Part shown: positions 12,940 through 25,449 of the stretch, piece by piece | How positions within the stretch are numbered: position 1 is the stretch's first letter | Layout: the number at the start of each line of letters is the position of its first letter | Assembly: GCA_025201805.1 (NCBI GenBank) | Contig: MU619317.1 | Span: forward strand, 89,258-153,257 | Source of the DNA: Parasitella parasitica NRRL 2501 | Lineage: Eukaryota > Fungi > Mucoromycota | Direction: 5' to 3' | Length of the DNA: 64,000 bases | Program-made: the position numbers and the translations under genes | The notes under the pieces: generated by a model | Databases searched by the model: none | Told to the model about the DNA's origin: nothing | Seen by the model: only the letters and a program-made list of their open reading frames with translations

Positions 12940-15392
12940 ATGCCCAATTCTGCTTCATTATCTACCTATACTACCATGATGCGAGTCAATTCGAAAGGAA
13001 GGCCTTATGCAAAAGTAGCACTATTTACATAAACAAACCTACGTATGTGATATTCATTATATCTATATCTTTTTTTCAAGGATTTGTTTGATCTATATTC
13101 AGCATTGCTGATACAGCAACCATTGGCAGATCACCGCTCTTTATTTCGGACGTACCCCTCAACATTTACCACTGACGAAGCTGTCGAAAGTCTCGGACAT
13201 TTAGAATTCACACATCTCGTATCAGCGCCCAACCCGCTCGATGCCAGCAATCCGATACTCACACGAACGACAACGACGTTCAGCATGTCAAGAGCAATGG
13301 CAAAGACGCTCGGTCAGCACTTTATCAATGCACGACTCGCTGAAAATGCTACAGACCCCCAAAACAGGACGATGAAGGATCGCGGCATATGGTCTCCTAC
13401 GCCAAAAGGCAAATTCATGATCCAGGACTTTAGCCACCGTGCGCGGGTACCTATTAAGCATATGCAGGCACACTTGGCTCGCATTCAAACCTTTTCGATT
13501 GTGCAATTCGAACGGCTGCTAGATGACGACCAGATATCATTTTCGCGACAGAATATGATTGATGCTTTCAAGACAATGATGGAGTGGCTGCCAACAGACC
13601 ACATCATGATTGACGATATCGGCGGTAAATGTGTGAAACTACTGCAAAAGTCTATATATACTAAACTCTCGAACTTGTAGGCGTGAACAATGATAATTTA
13701 ATCGAGTACAAGGATACATTTTACGGGTATCAATGCTTTGAGTGGATCAGCGAATACACGAGCGTAGTCTCCAACGAAGAATCAGAGATGATTGCTGCTG
13801 AATTTGTGCAGTATGGCTGGATGCTGCAGGTCCTTGATAAATCAGACAAGATACTATCCAGAAAAGACGATTCAACACTGTTCAAATACGACCGACGAAC
13901 TCAGTATTATTTGACGGAAAAGGGAAGACGCACATTAGAAGCAAATCGACTCCTGCATGGCCCGTCTTCTTCTTCCTCCAATACAGCCATCCATACCGTG
14001 CCTTCATCTAGATCAAGAACACAGAGCTCAAAAACAACCGCTACAGTTACTAGCAGTGGCAGTAGTAGTAGTAGTATCAAAACAAGCAGTTCATCGCCGT
14101 CGCAGCCGCCGCTTAAGCCAATAGCCCTCCATAAATCAAAGAAAGAGGAGTATGCAAGCCGACTACTACCTACAACTGCAATCACTTCGCTAGTCGACTC
14201 AACCAGTATAGTGCCCAAAGCTGTCATTACCAAACGGAGGTCGACTATTAGCCAAGCATCCATGTCATTGCCACTATCACCCCCATCCACTGCAGGAGCA
14301 TCACAAGACATGAGAGAAACTTATTCATCTGAATCCATGCTGCAAATTGAAAGCAACTCGTGTGATTTTGGATTCTCGTCAGCGTCTTCTACTACGTCTT
14401 CTGCACCTACTACTATTGCGCCCTCAGCGTCCCTGGATGGCACTGAAAGTGCAAAAGAACAAGAGCGCCAAATTTTGCAAGACAGACTCAACCAGCTCAG
14501 AATACAAAATAAAAGCGATCCAGGCGCACCTTTGCAAGAGTCGCTGGAGCACCAGCAGCAGTACCAATATCAGCCCAATTCCCAACATGCTCGATTGGAG
14601 AGCATCCTCGAAGACCCACTGATCCGCATGTATTTTCGCCAGTTTCTCAAGTCATGCTTTTGCGAAGAAAACATCAATTTTTGGGTGGATTACAACGCAT
14701 TGATAAAGAAGTTGGGCTACGTCAGTGAAGATAAAGAAGCCATCAAGCCAGAGGAGCTGCTCTCACTTCCATCTAAACTCTGCGAGTCGTTGCTTGTGCA
14801 CTGCTGCTCTATCTACACCAACTACTTTTGCCCGGACAACGCTCCGAGTGAGCTGAACATAGACCATGGCCTCCGATACGACATTGTGCAATACATGCAA
14901 GCTACTTTTACTAGCATTGCCTATTCTTCGGACGAAGATAGTGGCAACGGAAAGCCCGTGGTGGCTGATGCTTCTAACGTGCCCTTTGGTTCCATCTCGG
15001 TGTCTTCTCATGGCATCCTCTCATCCACCACCATGTCTTCTTTTAGAAGAAAGAAAAAGCGATCAAACAGAAATCATGGCCCAGCTACAAGTAGCAGCTG
15101 CGCAGACGATTCAATGCTGGTGTCTGTTCGTGAAGGCGTCCAAGACTCGCTGCAAACATGCTTGTACAAGATCTTGCACCTGTATGACCAGGCAAATGAT
15201 CATATCTGTCGTATCATGGCGCAAGATTCTGTCCCTAGATTTATGAAAACTCAAAAATATATGGATTTGATGGAATCATACTACTTGACGCCAGAAGAAA
15301 GAAGAAAGAAGCTGAGTCGCGATGGGGATGTTGACGAGGAAGAGGATGATACGGATGAAGACGAGGATGAGGACGAGGATGGTGACTACTGA
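12940..15392 (+). CDS. Sst2/FlbA-type regulator of G-protein signalling (DEP + DEP + RGS), 3 exons
   Basis: Spliced N-terminus GRPYAK|DLFDLYSAL and HRSLFRTYPSTFTTDEAV. DEP motif TFYGYQCFEW. RGS motifs ILEDPLIRMYFRQFLKSCFCEENINFW, SELNIDHGLR and MAQDSVPRF. Confidence 0.9.
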
Positions 15393-15884
15393 TGGTACTC
15401 ATAACCGTATTAAGGCTGTATTTTCATCACAAACATATATATACAAATTATCCCACATATGCATGTTACCTTGTGCTTTTATCTCTTGGCTTACCATGTA
15501 ATTCGATTTCCAGTCTGCAATCACAATAGATTATAAATGTACAATATATCAGAGGTAGACAGACTATACAGGCCTATTTTCTGCTGTCTCTCGTTTACAA
15601 GTATCATGCTACTTGTGACACTGCTTGAAGCAAATTAAGATTGTCTCTCGAGTCAAATTGCCAGAAGGACAAAAAAACCTCAATGTAAAAGAATCAGCAA
15701 CAAAATATAAACTTCAGCGTTTCTGTACTTGAGAAAAATAATGCAATTTATTTTGTATGATGTTGTCTATTTATGCAATATGATACTATCAATGTTAAGT
15801 CATGTAAAGTACACTGTATATAGTTGTTGATTCTTCGTGGATAATTGAAACTCTTGCGTGATGGCATAATGTCAATTGAGGTCA

Positions 15885-18715
15885 TTATCCAGATGTGAAT
15901 ATGCCTAGCAACAGAAACATAATCGATCCTAAAAATCGGAATATTCCCAAACCACAGTTGACCCAAAGCATGACGGACATATAAGTTGTCCCAACTGATG
16001 GATTAAATATTGATTCATACTCTGATGCTGTAATGAAAGCTACTAACAAAGCGTTACAGGCAATCCATGCCAACACCAGATGTGTTCTGAAAGAGCGGTA
16101 ATAGTCGTCTTTTGTTAATGACCCGCCCGAACTCTAATAATAGCTCTGGGTTAATACCTTTCATCCATCATGAATCAGACAAATGCGTTTTTTTTACCAT
16201 ATCCTTGGCAGGCTTCTCATCAAGAGCAAACAGGGCGTCGTCGTATTGACAGTTAATATCGTGCTGATCAGCGGGGAGTTCGATATCTACAGTCTTGACA
16301 CCTTTTTCTTTTTCAGATACTTTTACCACGCCCAAGTCCTTGGCAACTGAATTATCGCCCTTTGTTCCCCAACTAAAAATGGCCGTTTAGTAAAATATAA
16401 TACAACATTAAAATAAACTACATACCTCACATCATGCGTATTGCAAAACGCATAGATGTTCAATATGTTAATATAGCCAGGTAAAAGCAGTAGATAAGGT
16501 AAAAAGCTTGTAATCATATGGAATGGTTGGCGGTGTAAGCAGCTTGATACTAAATAGATGCCATAGGTCGAGCTGAGAGAAACAACCATATTCCTTAATC
16601 CAGGATCGTTCATAGCTATTAGAAAATTGGTTGTTGTATCGTATGTCCACTGATGTCTTTCCGCAGCTAGTTGAATTCCTTTATAAATGAGCCATGATGA
16701 ACAGAACAGCATGTAGCACATGATGATTGCAAAGCCTACAAGACACGCCATGAAGAGAAATTTAGATCTACAAAAAAGATTAGATATTGGAATACGAGCC
16801 TCGCGTTTCCAGACAATACCCTTGTGGACGATTCCCCATCGAACATATAAAAACAACAAAAAGTAAAAATGCATAAGCATATCTGAAAAAATCAAATATC
16901 CTGCTTCCCCAGCCATTTCCAAATGGATCTACGTTGGCATCCGAGAGACTCTTGGTAATAAAGTAAAACGCAATGTAAAAGTTGCCCTATTTACATGTTA
17001 GAGGATACATATCATTAATAATATTAACATGTAAGCAAACTTACCACTGAAAACCAGCTAAAGACCAAGCTGATTACATTATAAAGGCCCTCAATCATCA
17101 GCAGCAACGTTCTGTTAAAGCCGTGGCCACTGCTCCATATTTTTCGGAAATGAATCAAGCCATAAACACCTGCAAAAAACGACCCATTCAACCATCTTCT
17201 CCTCTGCGAAATGAATTCTGGTAATTGACTAGGCACATCTGTCTCTCCAAACGCATTATCCACATACTGCAAGAGCCAGCGCTCGTCTTTCTTGGCCACT
17301 AATTCAAAGCAAAGGATCCTGTCTTCGGCTAAATACATATTCGCTTCGAATAAGCCAGTGTTATTCATGCTTTGGTTGCTTCCTTGCAAATTGCCATGTA
17401 AATCCTCGCCAATAAAGTATTTTTCAAGCGGTCCATGACCATTGACATCATTCTTCAAAGCAGCATAACGATACGCCGAAAATGCACCTGGCAGAACACT
17501 GATATAACCAAACACGCTCTCTAAAGGCTTATCGAGAATATTTGACATTTTGTATTCAAAATTCTGCGCAGCCACTAAAGGATTCAGCAATTGACAACAA
17601 GCAGTACCCAACATGGCACGGATTTCGCCACAGGCACCACCCACCAGCGGGTTACGATGGAATACTTTCCACAATTGATAAATGCTGCTGTTTCCGGGCC
17701 TTGTGCCTACGTCGAGCAATATGCAGACATTAGGCTTAATGATGGGCCCAAATGCGTTGAAAAACCATCGATGCGAATTGATTTTTTTGGCATTCTTTTC
17801 TTTTAAGCAAAACATGATTTGAACAGGCACAATGCCCTTGTCAGAGCCCTTGATATTCATATCAGAGTCGATTGATATCTGAGTCGTATACTAGTGAAGA
17901 TGTCAGCAATTTGCGGCTTTGGATGAAATCAGTATGCATACCTCGTAAATATGTGCCTTGACAGGTTTTTCACCCACTACATTTTTGGCAATTCCGGCCT
18001 GATAGACGCCCATCGAAGCCAGTACATGAAGCACCTTTTTATTTACCACTTGTCTACCATCAGCGACAATGCACACAACAATCTTCTTCCAGCCTTCTGG
18101 CCCCCACATAGTGCTCTTCTTTAGACTACACATATGCGCAATATTCTTCATCACGCCATGCATTGTACGGGTAAATAAGATTTCGTCTTCATTATACATT
18201 GTCATGACTATGAATAGTTCGGTTTCTCTATTATAAATCTTGGGTCGTAATGTATAGCCTTTTGATTCAAACTCATCGGGTTCGCAAGTAGCGGCAGTGT
18301 ACCTTAGTTGTGAAAATTCATCATGATCATTGAAAGTAAGCGCACCAAATAAGCGATCTGGAATAGGGCAATCAATGACAAGATTGTTGTTTGTCAATTG
18401 GATTCTGCGGGTTACTTTTCGTCGAAGTACTCCACTTGTTCGATCTCCAGATGATTTTGGTGCGTCTAAATAGGATTCTGTATCTGTGCGTATAAGTGTC
18501 GCTGCGCTGTCTCTATTTTGCTGCGCTACTGGAACTGTTGCCGATTTTTGAGATCGTAATGAAGACAGAGTTTGCTGATTTCTAGCGTAATTTGCTCCTC
18601 CCGCTGCAGTTGATGTGGATGGCAGACAATCATCCTGATCTTCGGTATTGGAGGCAAACCAGCTTGAAAACCAACCACCCACACCGGAATTTCCTTGTCT
18701 TTTACTAAATGTCAT
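15885..18715 (-). CDS. Chitin synthase (division 1, class I/II type), multi-exon
   Basis: [55 protein letters not shown] and AFCNTHDV. Confidence 0.96.
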
Positions 18716-18905
18716 TTTTGTTTGTATATGTTTTTAAAATTAAATAAATAGGTAAAAGGTTAAGAGATGATGGCAATATAAGCTTTATTAAAAGAAATCT
18801 TTGCTGAGTTGCACACTGCCTCTATCCAAAAGGGGGAATTGTATTTGTTATGATTTTGCTAAAATAGCTGTAACCATAACATGCTTGACTTTTTAGGCAA
18901 TTTGA

Positions 18906-21255
18906 TTATTGTTGTAGCGCTTTTGAAAGCGTAGTTGCAACAGTATATAATTCGCTGTTGTCATGGATGCCTTCAAGTCTATTTGAGGTGATCGATTTGA
19001 CAGCTTCAACTACCTCTGAATTACTATCTTTTCTGGCCAATTCGACCATCTTACAGAGCAACGTACAGGCATTGCATTTGATCTGAACAGGCATATCATT
19101 ATCCTTAGTGCAAACACTATCCACTAACACTTGTACAAATGATCTTGATTCATCCTCTTTTTGCTCGCCTCCTTCTTCATCTGGTTCACTGGCAATAATA
19201 GGCAGAGGTGGATCCGCAATGAAGAGTAACAATGCATTCCTTGTGATTGTAACGTCGCTTGATTCTGAAAGTATTAATATCAATGCCAGGATGCCATCAT
19301 TCTTTAATACATCGAATTTCGACGTTCTAACAAGCTCGATAATTGGCTCCAAAACATGTGCCTCCATTACTTGCATCCTCAAGTCATTGCTGTCCTTTTG
19401 TTTCCAAACTGATTTGACCAAATTAGTCAAAATACGTGTGGCTTCACTTTTCGCTCCAACATCGTCTACTCTTTTCAAAAATCGAGTAACACGGGATAAT
19501 GTGTTGTTTTCTTGGATAATACGCTTGGAATTTTCATCTAAATTAGCTATTAAACTACCTATCTGATCTTTTTTTTTAAAAAAAACACACTTACAATTGC
19601 TTGCGCACAACAATTTGATGATGCCAATGGTAAGGAACTGATTCCTTTTGAGCATGTCTTTAGTTTCATCAATAGTCGGAGATAGAATCTCGAGGCAATT
19701 GCCATTTCCAATGATCACCTTGTTAGATGGTGGAAGACACAAGTGCTTTAGACAGCCCAAGATGACATACTGAGACATAGCGTTGTCGGTAGTTTGATAA
19801 AGATCCAGCAATAATTTCGATAAATTGTAGTTTTCGACTAGCTCGATGCAATGTTGGTCTGTTCTTGCAAGATTTCCAAGGACATAAATAGCACACTGAT
19901 GCACAACTTCTGACTTGCTCTTGGCCATGGCCAATAGTTTCGATAAAATACGATCATTTTTATACAATTCCTCCATCTTTGAATCTGTGGATGCTGCAAA
20001 GATAGTAATTTTGTTCATGTTTTCGCGAATCTTTTTCAGTTTGTCTTTATCCTGCTTGTCGTCCAGTTCAAATTCAGTATCTTCCAAGAATTCAAGCAAA
20101 AAGTCCAATTCTCCACAGTCGATGATTACATTTTGAAGATCATCTATCAACAAGACGTTAGAATTTGAACAATCATAGCACTTTGATAGCGTACCATCAT
20201 CAATAATAAGTTGAAGTAGTGTATCAGTAAGATTTTCTAACATGTCTAAATTGTCAGTGTATTGGTGAGAATAATGCTTAATCCTGGCAATATAAGCTTT
20301 GATGGTGTAGGGTGTAGCGATAATTTTGCGGGCAGATTCTATAGGAGCATTATCTGAGTATCCATTTGATGTATGATAGGATAAATCGCATACCTTCTGC
20401 TACAATGTTGTCCAAAACTTTAGCTGCCATGATAATGGATATATCTTCTTCAGGTATGATCAATGCTGTGCGGACGTCTGAGTATCAACTTGATGTATAA
20501 TAGAGATAATTACAAACCTTCATCATCCACTTTTTCAGGTTTGATCAAATTGACAAGACTTTTGGCAGCCCCAGATTCTGCAATTTCAATTTGAATGGGA
20601 GCTTTGCAAAAGTGAGAATACTGGTGGCTAATCCGTAAAAATAAAATAAAAATACTTACCATAATCCATGCTGCTGTTGAGATAAAATCCACAGACTGTG
20701 CGAGTCAAGTCTAGCCTTGGGGTTTCAGTCAAATAGCGTGCTACAATAGGAACAATACCAGCATCCTTGACACGTTTCCGATTATTTTCTATTGTTTACC
20801 AGTTAGTTCTTATACTAATAAAAATGTAGATCAAATTACCATTATCAAAACATAAATTTCCTAAAACTCGAAGTGCCTGAATTTGAAAATTTAACTGCTT
20901 TCCAGATGCCTCATTCAACGACTTTGCCAAGTTTTCAATTATACCGGCATCACCAAGGGGAGATCGTAACGAATCTAATCAGGTGTTAGTTGGTTTCTTT
21001 TATCACTCAAAATTTCTCTGTTACCTGTACGTAATGCGTCTGCTAGACCTTTACATGCAAGAGTACCTTTCTCCCAGTTTGAGTTATCTTCGTTCAAAAG
21101 GTTCAAAGTATTCACAGCATCCACAATGGGGTGAACTGCAATGGCGGGATCTACAATGATATTACTAGAAATGTATGGCATATTTGTCAATTTTACAATT
21201 TACCATTCTTTACAGAATTAAGGGCACTCTTTAAAGTTTCCACCGAGATACTCAT
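18906..21255 (-). CDS. ARM-repeat SmgGDS/RAP1GDS1 (Bem4-like) protein, multi-exon
   Basis: First exon MSISVETLKSALNSVKN splices in frame to DPAIAVHP. ARM motifs QALRVLGNLCFD, YVLGNLARTDQHCIELV and AKSEATRILTNLVK. Confidence 0.75.
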
Positions 21256-21296
21256 CTTTTACCGGCAATTAAAGATAAACAAAGAAAACACGAAAA

Positions 21297-21521
21297 NNNN
21301 NNNNNNNNNNNNNNNNNNNNNNNNNNNNNNNNNNNNNNNNNNNNNNNNNNNNNNNNNNNNNNNNNNNNNNNNNNNNNNNNNNNNNNNNNNNNNNNNNNNN
21401 NNNNNNNNNNNNNNNNNNNNNNNNNNNNNNNNNNNNNNNNNNNNNNNNNNNNNNNNNNNNNNNNNNNNNNNNNNNNNNNNNNNNNNNNNNNNNNNNNNNN
21501 NNNNNNNNNNNNNNNNNNNNN
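21297..21521. other. Assembly gap (225 N)
   Basis: Run of N characters. Confidence 1.
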
Positions 21522-21840
21522 CTCGTTTAATCCTCCATAGGCAGCATATTTGATGTATAATATATTACTACAGCATTCATAATTGAAAGGCATGTGTTTA
21601 CTCAACATATTGAAATAAATCTCCACATTTTACTTCATCAAGAATGATGTTAAGTATCCTATATTTCAATCAAGACGCAACATCGTTGTTGATTCTTTTA
21701 GACTGGACCAAATTACCACACAAACATAACATTCTCTGGACGTATATATATATAAAAAAGGACAAGATGTAGATAAGTTTCCTTACTATTTCTCTCTATC
21801 TTAACGCATATACTTTAACTCAAAGATACGAAAGTTCAAC

Positions 21841-22863
21841 ATGCGTACCGTTTTTGCTATTTCTTCAGCTATTACTCTTTTTACTGCCTCAGTATTTGCG
21901 TCAAAGAATGCCGATTTCAATCCAGTCAACTTTGTCGATGGAGTTGCTGCTGCTCCTGCTTCTCTGACCAATGAATTTGTCACTTTCCGTTGGAAGGGTG
22001 AGGAATCCGTTGCCATGGAGACCTTTAATCTTAATGTTGAAAACACTGCTCGCATTCAAGTTACTGATTTCAAGAACCGTGGTGATATGTTTGAAGTCTT
22101 TGACAATGGTCAATCTTTGGGTATGACTACCAAGGTGGACACTCTTAAGGATGAAGAGGTCTTTGCTGCTACCCCTGAAGAAGCTCTCAATGATGACCGC
22201 TTCAGTAAGGGCATCTTTGACTTGGCTACAGGTGAACACAAAATTACAATCAAAGCAATGGGTCCTTATGAGGCTGGTACTGCTGCTATCCGTGTTTTGG
22301 ATCAAGCTAATGTTGCCTTCCACAAGAAAGGTAGCCACCATGATGATGACGATGATGACAATGATGATGACAATGGCCATAAGGATGACGACGATGAGGA
22401 TGACAACGACGATAAGAAGCACGGTCATGGTCATAAGGGTGGCGATCATGACGACGATGATGAAGAAGGAAAGGGAGACTGGCACAAGGATAGCCACCAT
22501 GACGATGATGAGGGAGGAAAGGGAGACTGGCACAAGGGCGGCGACCATGATGATGAGGAAGGTGGAAAGGGAGACTGGCATAAGGGCGGCGACCATGATG
22601 ATGAGGAAGGTGGAAAGGGAGACTGGCACAAGGGTGGCGACCATGATGATGAGGAAGGTGGAAAGGGAGACTGGCACAAAGGCGGTGACCATGACGATGA
22701 GGAAGGTGGAAAGGGAGACTGGCACAAGGGTAGCGACAAATGGAGTCATAAGCGTCCTACTGATGAAGAATACGATCTCTCTCACACCATCACTCTGACC
22801 AAGACCAAGTGGGTTGTCCAAAAGCCTACTCATGTAGGTACCATCGGCATTGTTCCTCTTTAG
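21841..22863 (+). CDS. Secreted protein with a small beta-rich domain and a His/Asp/Gly-rich tandem repeat
   Basis: Signal peptide MRTVFAISSAITLFTASVFA. Intronless, with strongly biased codons and a TATA-like run at about 21743-21759. Repeat (GGKGDWHKGGDHDDEE)n. Confidence 0.9.
   Translation: MRTVFAISSAITLFTASVFASKNADFNPVNFVDGVAAAPASLTNEFVTFRWKGEESVAMETFNLNVENTARIQVTDFKNRGDMFEVFDNGQSLGMTTKVDTLKDEEVFAATPEEALNDDRFSKGIFDLATGEHKITIKAMGPYEAGTAAIRVLDQANVAFHKKGSHHDDDDDDNDDDNGHKDDDDEDDNDDKKHGHGHKGGDHDDDDEEGKGDWHKDSHHDDDEGGKGDWHKGGDHDDEEGGKGDWHKGGDHDDEEGGKGDWHKGGDHDDEEGGKGDWHKGGDHDDEEGGKGDWHKGSDKWSHKRPTDEEYDLSHTITLTKTKWVVQKPTHVGTIGIVPL
22465..22731 (+). repeat. Coding minisatellite, 48-bp unit, about 5.5 copies
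   Basis: Units start at 22465, 22513, 22561, 22609, 22657 and 22705. The core ggaaagggagactggca is identical in all six. Confidence 0.97.
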
Positions 22864-23330
22864 ATCAACCAAAAGAAGTAGGTTCCTCTATGCTGTATCT
22901 CATTTCTTATCGTGGCTGATTTCTTTTCTTTTTTGTATAGTTCATCGGAATTCTTGTTCAATAACTTGATAATTTATTATATTATACACACATACCACTT
23001 TTTTCTGCCAAAACACCACGTCTTTTCTTTCCTAATAATTTCGATAGTAATTTAGTAAAAATATTCAATATCATTATTTGTCCATGAGAAAGTGGTATTT
23101 AAAACCTGTGCCGCCGATGCAATGTATGCTGAAATCTACTATCATTGTAATCAAAGACTACTGAGATCGGATAATGACCACTGAAATAAACTAAGCGGCC
23201 CTCTATGCATTCATCCTCTATGCATTCATAACAAGTGGTGATTCAGGATAGAAACTCTTTTTAGTTTCTTGCAGACTATTCCCCCTGGATATCATTTGCA
23301 AGTATTGTCTTGAGCCACAGCAAGCTAACG

Positions 23331-24068
23331 ATGGTGGTAGCTGAAAAAACGATACGGTACGGCATTCACTCCAGTGACTAGATATTTTTTCATCCCAAGC
23401 ACTGCATAGGCAAGGAACGAGCTGAAGAAACTGATCTAATCCTTTCTTTTATCAGAGAAAACCATTCAATAGTGGGTTTCGCTCAAAATTTAAATGGTAG
23501 CGTCCTAACCGTACATGAAAGAAAGGTCTTTCTCAACAAATAGCATGCATAGATTGTTCCAGATTCTTCATCGCCATCGGCAACTGTAGACGCAGAAGCC
23601 GTTAAACACGACGCAGAACAAGTAGGTTGTTTGATGAATAAAATAACATTAGGGATTTATATTCAAATACGCTTAGATCGCCTCTAGGAATACGGCTGCA
23701 GCCATTGCTGCTATTGTGCAAGTCATGGTGCCTGCTCATAATAAAGCAGCACCAATTACGAAGAAAGAGCCACAAGAAGAGCCATTATACGTGAATGCAA
23801 AACAGTACCATCGAATTCTTAAGCGTAGAGCTGCACGACTTAAACTGGAAGAACAGTACAAGAATTCCAGAGCCAGAAAACCGTATCTTCACGAAAGTCG
23901 CCATAAACATGCTATGAGAAGACCTCGAGGACCCGGTGGTCGATTCCTAAGTAAGTGCATTTGAGTGTTTCGTTGTTGTTAAATCATAAATGACTTACAG
24001 TTTTACAAGCTGCTGCTGAAATCGCTGAATTAGAGCAGCAGCAACAGCCGCTGCAAAATAATCATTAA
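23331..24068 (+). CDS. HAP2: CCAAT-binding factor subunit Hap2/NF-YA, multi-exon (5' exons tentative)
   Basis: [19 protein letters not shown] and [24 protein letters not shown]|TAAEI. The last exon ends at TAA 24066-24068. Confidence 0.92.
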
Positions 24069-24124
24069 ATAACACAAATCAAGCATTACTTTCAAATACT
24101 TAGAAATATAAACGTCCTTTTATT

Positions 24125-25212
24125 TTAGCAAAATTTCCAATGATTTCCACATCCCACACATGTAACAAAAGTCGTCATAGGCTCATCCGCACTTCTCGTT
24201 TGCATTTGGAAATAAGTGCACTTTCTACCACCGCATTTACCACATTTAAACATGTCAGTTTCAGCTTGTGCAGATTCAGCGCCTCGTGCTTTAAATAAAG
24301 CCTCTTCAGCCAATTTACGATCTCTGGCCTGGGCTTCTTCGGATGCCATGGCATTGACAGTCATTTTGCACAATTTCTCAACTGCTAATTCTCCACTCAC
24401 AACGCTTTCACGTAATCCAGGATTGCTTTTATTTTTGAGATTAAGCGCCAAGGACCGAACTTTGTTTTTGTACTCTTGATTAATATCGCCAAATTCCAAG
24501 TAGATTGTCTTCTCAATGTGGATTGCTCGTTTCAGCAATAAATCCGAGTCTATCAGTCCCAAGTCAATCACTGGATTTTTTTTTTTTTTTTTGTAAAGTT
24601 TGCTATAAATTTACCTGCTCCACTGTCAAATCCAATTGCTGCGTACATTAGTTCGATCGTCTTATTGCGAGGCACATTGCCGGTGGATTTGAACGACACT
24701 TCGTCTGTTTTTACTGTTCGTGGTGGCCCTTCCATGGAAGGTGTCTTTGGCGAAGAGGCTTGGGAAGAAGAGGGCGAGTTCTTTTTCGTACCAATAGATG
24801 TGGACACTTTTGGTAAATTAGAAGGTTTACTGCTGTTTGTGTTGGTTTGTTGAACTACATCGTCCTTCCATTTTTTCACAATTGATTTGGCTTTGATGGC
24901 TACTTTAGTGTCTTTATGGCTTCGTAACTTTCCAATCGTCTTGCCAATGTCGGTTTTCTATGCATGTATTAGATTCCTTTTGCCATCGTTGACCCATAAA
25001 TCGCAGCATTTTTTACCTTTAATAATTCTCCTGTCACTTTAATTTTAGCTAAAGTATCCAGGATTTCTAAACACGTCTACGTACACTCGAATTAATTACA
25101 GGAATTGAATTGAATGTGAATATTTGCTTTGTGAATATACCTGAGTATTCTCTCTGTCCAAGGCAGATGTAAGAGATGCTTTGGCCTTGAGGATTTGCTC
25201 TTCTGCGCTCAT
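24125..25212 (-). CDS. DST1: Transcription elongation factor TFIIS, 4 exons
   Basis: Zinc ribbon CGKCGGRKCTYFQMQTRSADEPMTTFVTCVGCGNHWKFC, YKNKVRSLALNLK and the N-terminal KTDIGKTIGKLR. Confidence 0.96.
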
Positions 25213-25449
25213 TTTATATAACAAAAACAAAAAATAAAAATAAAAAAAAGTTTCCAAGAGGAAAGAAAGACAGGAAGTCAGTAACTGAGCAATATAAAGC
25301 TTGGTGGCTGTGCTCTTGGTCCGACTGCTCATATGGGAATTGAGGAACTTTCAAGCTGCCACCGTGAGCAGCATGTACCGAGCAATATTTGATTGCGAAA
25401 TTGGCGATTAATACTACCATTTATTTCCGAAAATGCGATAACATACAAC

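Noticed and set aside
21131-21626. ORFs spanning the N-gap
   Set aside because: Artefacts of undefined bases.
22465-22731. Regularly spaced repeats suggestive of a CRISPR array
   Set aside because: Contiguous coding tandem repeat with no unique spacers, in a eukaryotic context with no cas genes.
21901-22872. 323-aa antisense ORF and 215-aa Met/Thr-rich shifted-frame ORF over the His-rich gene
   Set aside because: By-products of the repeat. Variation between units is synonymous in the 21841 frame, which also carries the signal peptide.
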